Positions 52,272-64,000 of a DNA stretch of 64,000 nucleotides are shown here, piece by piece. The DNA is from Chrysomallon squamiferum (lineage: Eukaryota; Animalia; Mollusca): NCBI GenBank assembly GCA_012295275.1, contig CM022668.1:6634001-6698000 (forward strand), in the 5' to 3' direction. A model generated the notes under the pieces. That model was not told the origin of the DNA, did not search any database, and saw nothing but the letters and a program-made list of their open reading frames with translations. Made by a program: the position numbers and the translations under genes. Positions within the stretch are counted from its first letter, which is position 1. Every line of letters begins with the position of its first letter.

Positions 52272-52857
52272 TATTATTATCATTATTATTATCATCATTA
52301 TTATTATCATTATTATCATTATCATTATTATTATCATTATCATTACTGTTATTATTATTATTATTATTATTATTATCATTATCATTACTGTTATTATTAT
52401 TATTATTATTATTATTCATTAGTAATGAAATTCCTGTTTACAATATATTTTGCTTCTACGAACCTGTTTTCGGTCTTAGCTTGAGGCCTTTACTTGGTGT
52501 ACAACCTCCACAATAACCTCCACATTTTAATATGAGTTTTTGCCTGCCATATAGAAAGTACTCATCAATTTTACGAAATTCTCCACTTTCTGACCATTTT
52601 TGCTAGTTTGTAGTCGTAGCAGCAGCAGTAGCAGTAATAGGAAAAACAGAAGATGCAGAAATTGTAATAAAAAAAAATATATAGTAATTATAGTACTGAA
52701 GATGATGATGACGATGATTGTGATGATGCTTATGGTGATAATAATATACAGAATCTTACGTAAAGATCAACATACAAATATGTGAATACGTACGTATTAT
52801 ATAGGTATATATTTATGTAGTAAGTAGATGTATTAGATGTATATGTATATTTATATT

Positions 52858-52915
<58 letters not shown>

Positions 52916-54344
52916 TGTATGTGTGTTAGGGAGAGAGACAGACAGAGAGAGAGAGAGAGAGAGTACATAAAAAGATATGGTGAAAACATTTTTACACTGT
53001 ACACTATTTTAATATGATACTGACATGAGGATGTATCTTGAGTCCAGTATCCCTAAGGTCTATCTCAAAGATGCCAAAATGGCCGCAGGATGGATGCTTC
53101 TCGTAGTTTGTGTAGCAGTTGTAAGCATATCCGTACGCTTGTCTGAATTCTCCTGTCTGTTCTGTATAATCGAAATTGTATTCATCCAATGTCAGTGTTT
53201 ATATTGAGAACAAAAACACTGATTATATGAAACATCATTTGTATATATGCATAGATACATTCACAATAATCTAAACGTACTTACATGCACACGAACATAC
53301 AAAGAAAGAAGAAGAGTACATTTTATGTGATATTGTGGTTTGAAAATAATAAGTATATAGAATTTAGTTAGACTATTGTCTAACTGTATTCTGTATACTT
53401 ATTTTTTTAATTTTTAGTTTTCGTAACAGACTGAAAACCGTTTTTTCTAGTTTCTTTTATTTATTATTATTATTATAAAAAAAAATTTAACCGCTTGGTG
53501 TGCATACACATCTTGATTAAAAGAAAATGGCAGCGCCTAAATGTATTTATGCAAGCGTTAACTCTGAAATATCTACGAAACAATATAACTAACTGTTCAA
53601 GAAGATTTTCAATGTTAAAATTTCTTTAGAGCTCTTTCTTTATATCTTTTTTTAAAAAATGTTCTTCTTATTTTTAAACTTTTCTTCTTCCTCTTGTTGT
53701 TGTTGTTGTTCTTCGTTCTTTCTTCCTATTTTTTTTTCTTCTATCTTTTCTGTTTTCTCATGATTTAAATCAATCCTATATATAGGTTTCATCTTTAGCT
53801 TCTGCTACTGGACTTACATCTAGATCTATCGCTATTTTCGTAAATACAGTTTTTCCCGGTTTCACGTCCATGGTGGAGTTTGTGATGTTATCATCGCAGT
53901 TTGGACTGGTGGTGCCGGGGCTTTCTCCGTAGTTTGGGTGTTTTAGTACGATGTATGCTGTGTAGTTTTGTCCTTTCTTCACACACAAAACTGTGATGTC
54001 GTTTGCTGGGTATTCACATGGCTGTATTGTGACGGTTTCTTCATCTTCGTTGGTTTTAACAGAGGATTTACAGTCACGGCCTGTTAACTATAAAACTTTA
54101 GTTAAAAAATAAAAATAAAAACATAAAAATAAAAATAAAATATTAAGGAAATCATCGGTAAATATTTGAAAGATTGTCCTAAATGTTACCAAAATAAATT
54201 GAATTGTTTTGTTTTGTTTGTTTTTCTTTATATGTTCTTTATGTTAAAATTATAAATATTATTATTATTATTTACCCGTGCCTGGTCTGACTGTGCGTGA
54301 GGACTTGATGTACTTGAACAAAAAAAAAAATTAATTGCTTTCTC

Positions 54345-54380
<36 letters not shown>

Positions 54381-54993
54381 TTTTACTTATTTATTTATCT
54401 TCAGCCTGTTAGTTATTTTTGTTCATGAATGACTGAATGAATTAACGAACGAATGAACCAACGAAAAGGATGTTCAGTTTGTAACACATCAAGACAAAAT
54501 AATATGAAAGCTCTTTTCATGTTAAAGGTTTATTGTTGGAACAAAGTAAAACTACTGCTGTCTATGAGTAGGCTACTGTTATTGATTGGTTTAATTTTTC
54601 AATTAAACTGGGGAGCGTTTTCAACAACCTTTGGTAAACGATCGTAGGACTCTAGTTTAGAACTGAAATCTTCATTTTCTTAGATAAAAACATGTTTATC
54701 TGGAAAAAAATATACGGACATTTTATGTGTGTGTGTGTATGTGTGCGTGAGAATGTGTGTATTTATATATATATATATGCTTTTATACTGTTTGTATACA
54801 TGTATGTATGTCTGTGTAAGTATGTGTGTATGTATGTCTGTGTAAGTGTGTATGTATGTGTGTATGTGTACGTGTATGTTTTAAGTAATTAATATTAGAA
54901 TATTTATTTATATATTTCTAAATTTTGTTATGATGGATTCCAAAGTTTGGTTGTATAAATAACAAAATACAACGACGATCCTTTGCCATAGCA

Positions 54994-55027
<34 letters not shown>

Positions 55028-55171
55028 CATCATCATCATTATCATCATCATTATCATAATAATACCAATATCAACAACAACTACCGGACGTATTCAGATA
55101 CATGAAATTTATTATTAACGAAATTTGGTTTCAATAACAATAAGAAGTTTGGAATACACAAAATAAATACG

Positions 55172-55218
<47 letters not shown>

Positions 55219-55303
55219 ATGAATAAATAAACAAATAAATAAATAAATAAATAAATAAATAAATTCATAAATAAATCAATTAATTAATAAATTAATAAAT
55301 ACG

Positions 55304-55338
<35 letters not shown>

Positions 55339-56693
55339 GAAAACAAAATGATCATACATTGATGTTCAATTGAAAATTTATTTGTAATTTAATTACACAT
55401 ATATTCTCATCCAGCATATAAACGGAAACACTAATATACACATACACATTTATTTTCAACTAATAATTTCATTTTAAACATTCATTTATAAATTATGCAC
55501 TGACGTAAATATGTATTTGTATACATTATAGATTCATGAATAATTTACATTCAGCTAGTATCTTAAGTCACTTATATATAATCTAAATATACATTTTCAG
55601 GTACATATCCTTTATCAACGTTTGTCTAAGCATTTATTTATGAACTGTATAAACGTTTTCAACAACAAAGACGCTTGAAACATTTATTTTCAACATATTT
55701 CAATCGAAACAATTGTTTATAAACTGTATTCACATTTTAATATTTATTTTCAACTACTAATACATTTATTTATAAACAATATTTATTTTCAACAACTAAT
55801 ACAGTTATTTTAAAATAATGTATACATATACATATATATATATTTATTTTCAATTACTAATAATTTTATTTATAAACAATGTATATACGTAACTATTTAT
55901 TTTCAACAACTAATATTTATAAATAATGTACACATGTAAATATTTATTTTAAATTAGTATATCTATGATATGCAGCTAATAAGGAACTATTGTAGACTGA
56001 AAGGACTCTTAAATATAGTGAGGTAATATTAATCATTATTACTTTTGGTTATCTCTCGTTAATACAGCCTCTTGTTTAAATAGATTGTCTTTATTTAATA
56101 GACCCTGTTTCATTAGATTTTTCCTTTTCTATAATATACTCTGTTTATTTAGTAGACCCTTTTTCTTTTAAAGGTTATCTTTCTTTAAAATAACCTATTT
56201 AACAGATTATTTTTCTTTAATAGTAAATAGACTGTTTATTTAATAGACAGTGTCTCTTTGGTACTTTTTATTTAACAGAATTGCTTTTTCTATAACCTAT
56301 TTTTTATAATAGATTATCTTTATTTAATAGTCTTCCTTTCTTTACTAGACCTTGTTTCATTAATAGTTTTTCTTTAATAGATTGCATTTCTTTAATAGAT
56401 TATCTTTGTTAACAGATCCTATTTCTCCAGTATATTCTCTTTCTTTAACTAAACCCAGTTTATCGAATTGTTTATATTTCTTTAATTGAACGCGTTTATC
56501 AAATTGTTTATATTTCTTTAATTGAACCCGTTTATCAAATTGTTTATATTTCTTTAATTGAACCCGTTTATTTAATTTACTATGTTTCTTTAGGAGACCC
56601 TCCTTCTTTAATAGATGCTATTTCTTTAGGAGACTCCGTTTCTTTGATAGCTTATCCTTCTTTAATAGACTGTGTTTCCTTAGCAGGTTCTCT

Positions 56694-62646
<5,953 letters not shown>

Positions 62647-63485
62647 GTTTATCTGGAAAAAAATATACAGACATTTTATGTGTGTGTGTGTATGTGTGTG
62701 TGTGTGTGTATGTGTGTATTTATATATATATATTTATATGCTTTTATACTGTATGTATACATGTATGTATGTATGTCTGTGTAAGTATGTGTGTATGTAT
62801 GTGTGTATGTGTACGTGTATGTTTTAAGTAATTAATATTAGAATATTTTTTTAAATATTTCTAAATTTTGTTATGATGGATTCCAAAGTTTGGTTGTATA
62901 AATAACAAAATACAACGACGATCCTTTGCAATAGCAGGATATCCCAGTTATAAAGTACTTATATACATATATGCTTGTACTGTATTTCAGTAAATAAATT
63001 AATTAAATAAAATAAAAATGTAGAAGAATCTTAAATTAATTAATCAGTATTTGACAACAGTCGTCTGCATGAAATAACAAACTACTTACGTTTCTAAGAT
63101 TTAAAAATCAGTTTTAAATTATTAGCAAACACTTTGATAAGAAAATTAAATAATAATAACTATGGTATATTATAATTTCTACTACAAATTCCCATTTATC
63201 AGTGCGATATATTTCAAGTCTCTGAATAATACAACGTCCTTTCAAAATGGCAGACAATCTTTTTTTAAAGTTGTTACGTCATGACGGTACGTAATTTTTT
63301 TTTTCGTCATAAACATTAACGTAAGGTTACGTAACGTTAGACAGGTCTAATTAAAGTAACAGAAATGTTAGCGTACCTTTGTAGTGAAGTATATTTCTAA
63401 AATTCATGCAATGGGGTTTTGAAATAAGCCAATTCTGAACATAAGAAATTCCTGTGATTTCTACTGAGCCCATAATAATAATAAC

Positions 63486-63554
<69 letters not shown>

Positions 63555-64000
63555 AGTAGTAGTAGTAGTAGTTATAATAATAATAATAATATTTATTACT
63601 ATGATAATGATAATTGTAATTTTTATGATAAAGACTATTATGACGATGACAATCATTATAATAATCATGATTATCATCATTGTGAGGATAATGATGATAA
63701 AGATGATGACGATAATAATAAGAATAACAATGATAACAGTAATGATGATAACAATAGTCATCACCATCATAGTTGTGAAAATACTTTTCATGTACTATGT
63801 TTCTTTGTATGTTGCATGTAGGTACTATGTATATCAAAAACAATTTATCATTTTTGTGTATTCACTTTCGAAGGATGATGATGAAATTAACAAGCGCTAA
63901 AGTTTATTAAATCTGTTCTAATGAGATCATGAAAATAAGATTGTTTTCGCCTGATTTATTATAAAGATATTATAAAAATAAATGAATAAATAAATAAATT

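Larger units (their letters stand above)
46634..54693 (-). pseudogene. Gene D2: disabled paralog, GON-4xTSP1-TM-tail
   Basis: Exons: 54080-53818, 53198-53025, 52602-52464 (GON), 52125-51931, 51566-51375, 50360-50169, 49156-48965 (TSP1), 48492-48387 (TM), 46799-46634 (tail). Lesions: a deletion removes the SP core and donor (ATG 54693 hits TAG at 54654-54652), the acceptor of GON exon 2 is AA instead of AG (53199), and the promoter/UTR exon is missing beyond ~54995. Confidence 0.8.

Overview
Eukaryotic, very AT-rich, microsatellite-dense invertebrate DNA. A mollusc, possibly a cephalopod, is a guess from composition only. Most ORF-track entries are simple-repeat artefacts. Hand-splicing with phase checks recovers (1) a + strand gene for a basic, low-complexity protein of unknown function, with a large exon at 18164-19382 and two candidate first exons, and (2) a cluster of five paralogous type-I membrane protein genes at ~22.9-63.3 kb. 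Their architecture is signal peptide - N-terminal GON domain (3 exons, CGGxCGGCxP motif) - TSP1 repeats - TM - cytoplasmic tail. Gene B (- strand) is GON+2 TSP1. Gene C (+ strand, head-to-head with B) has 1 TSP1, no GON, and an 8-aa-repeat tail. D1, D2 and D3 (- strand) form a recent tandem array that appears to continue past the window end. D2 is a pseudogene with 4 TSP1 exons. D1 and D3 look intact and are sequence mosaics. They differ in an acidic Asp/Glu-Tyr repeat loop inside a TSP1 domain and in tail length. GON is otherwise best known as the C-terminal module of the ADAMTS9/20/GON-1 proteases, so a protease-free, diversifying GON-TSP1 cell-surface family is the main candidate novelty. 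Also present: two TIR elements, a decayed LINE copied into each D gene, and several minisatellites. All gene models are manual predictions without RNA evidence.
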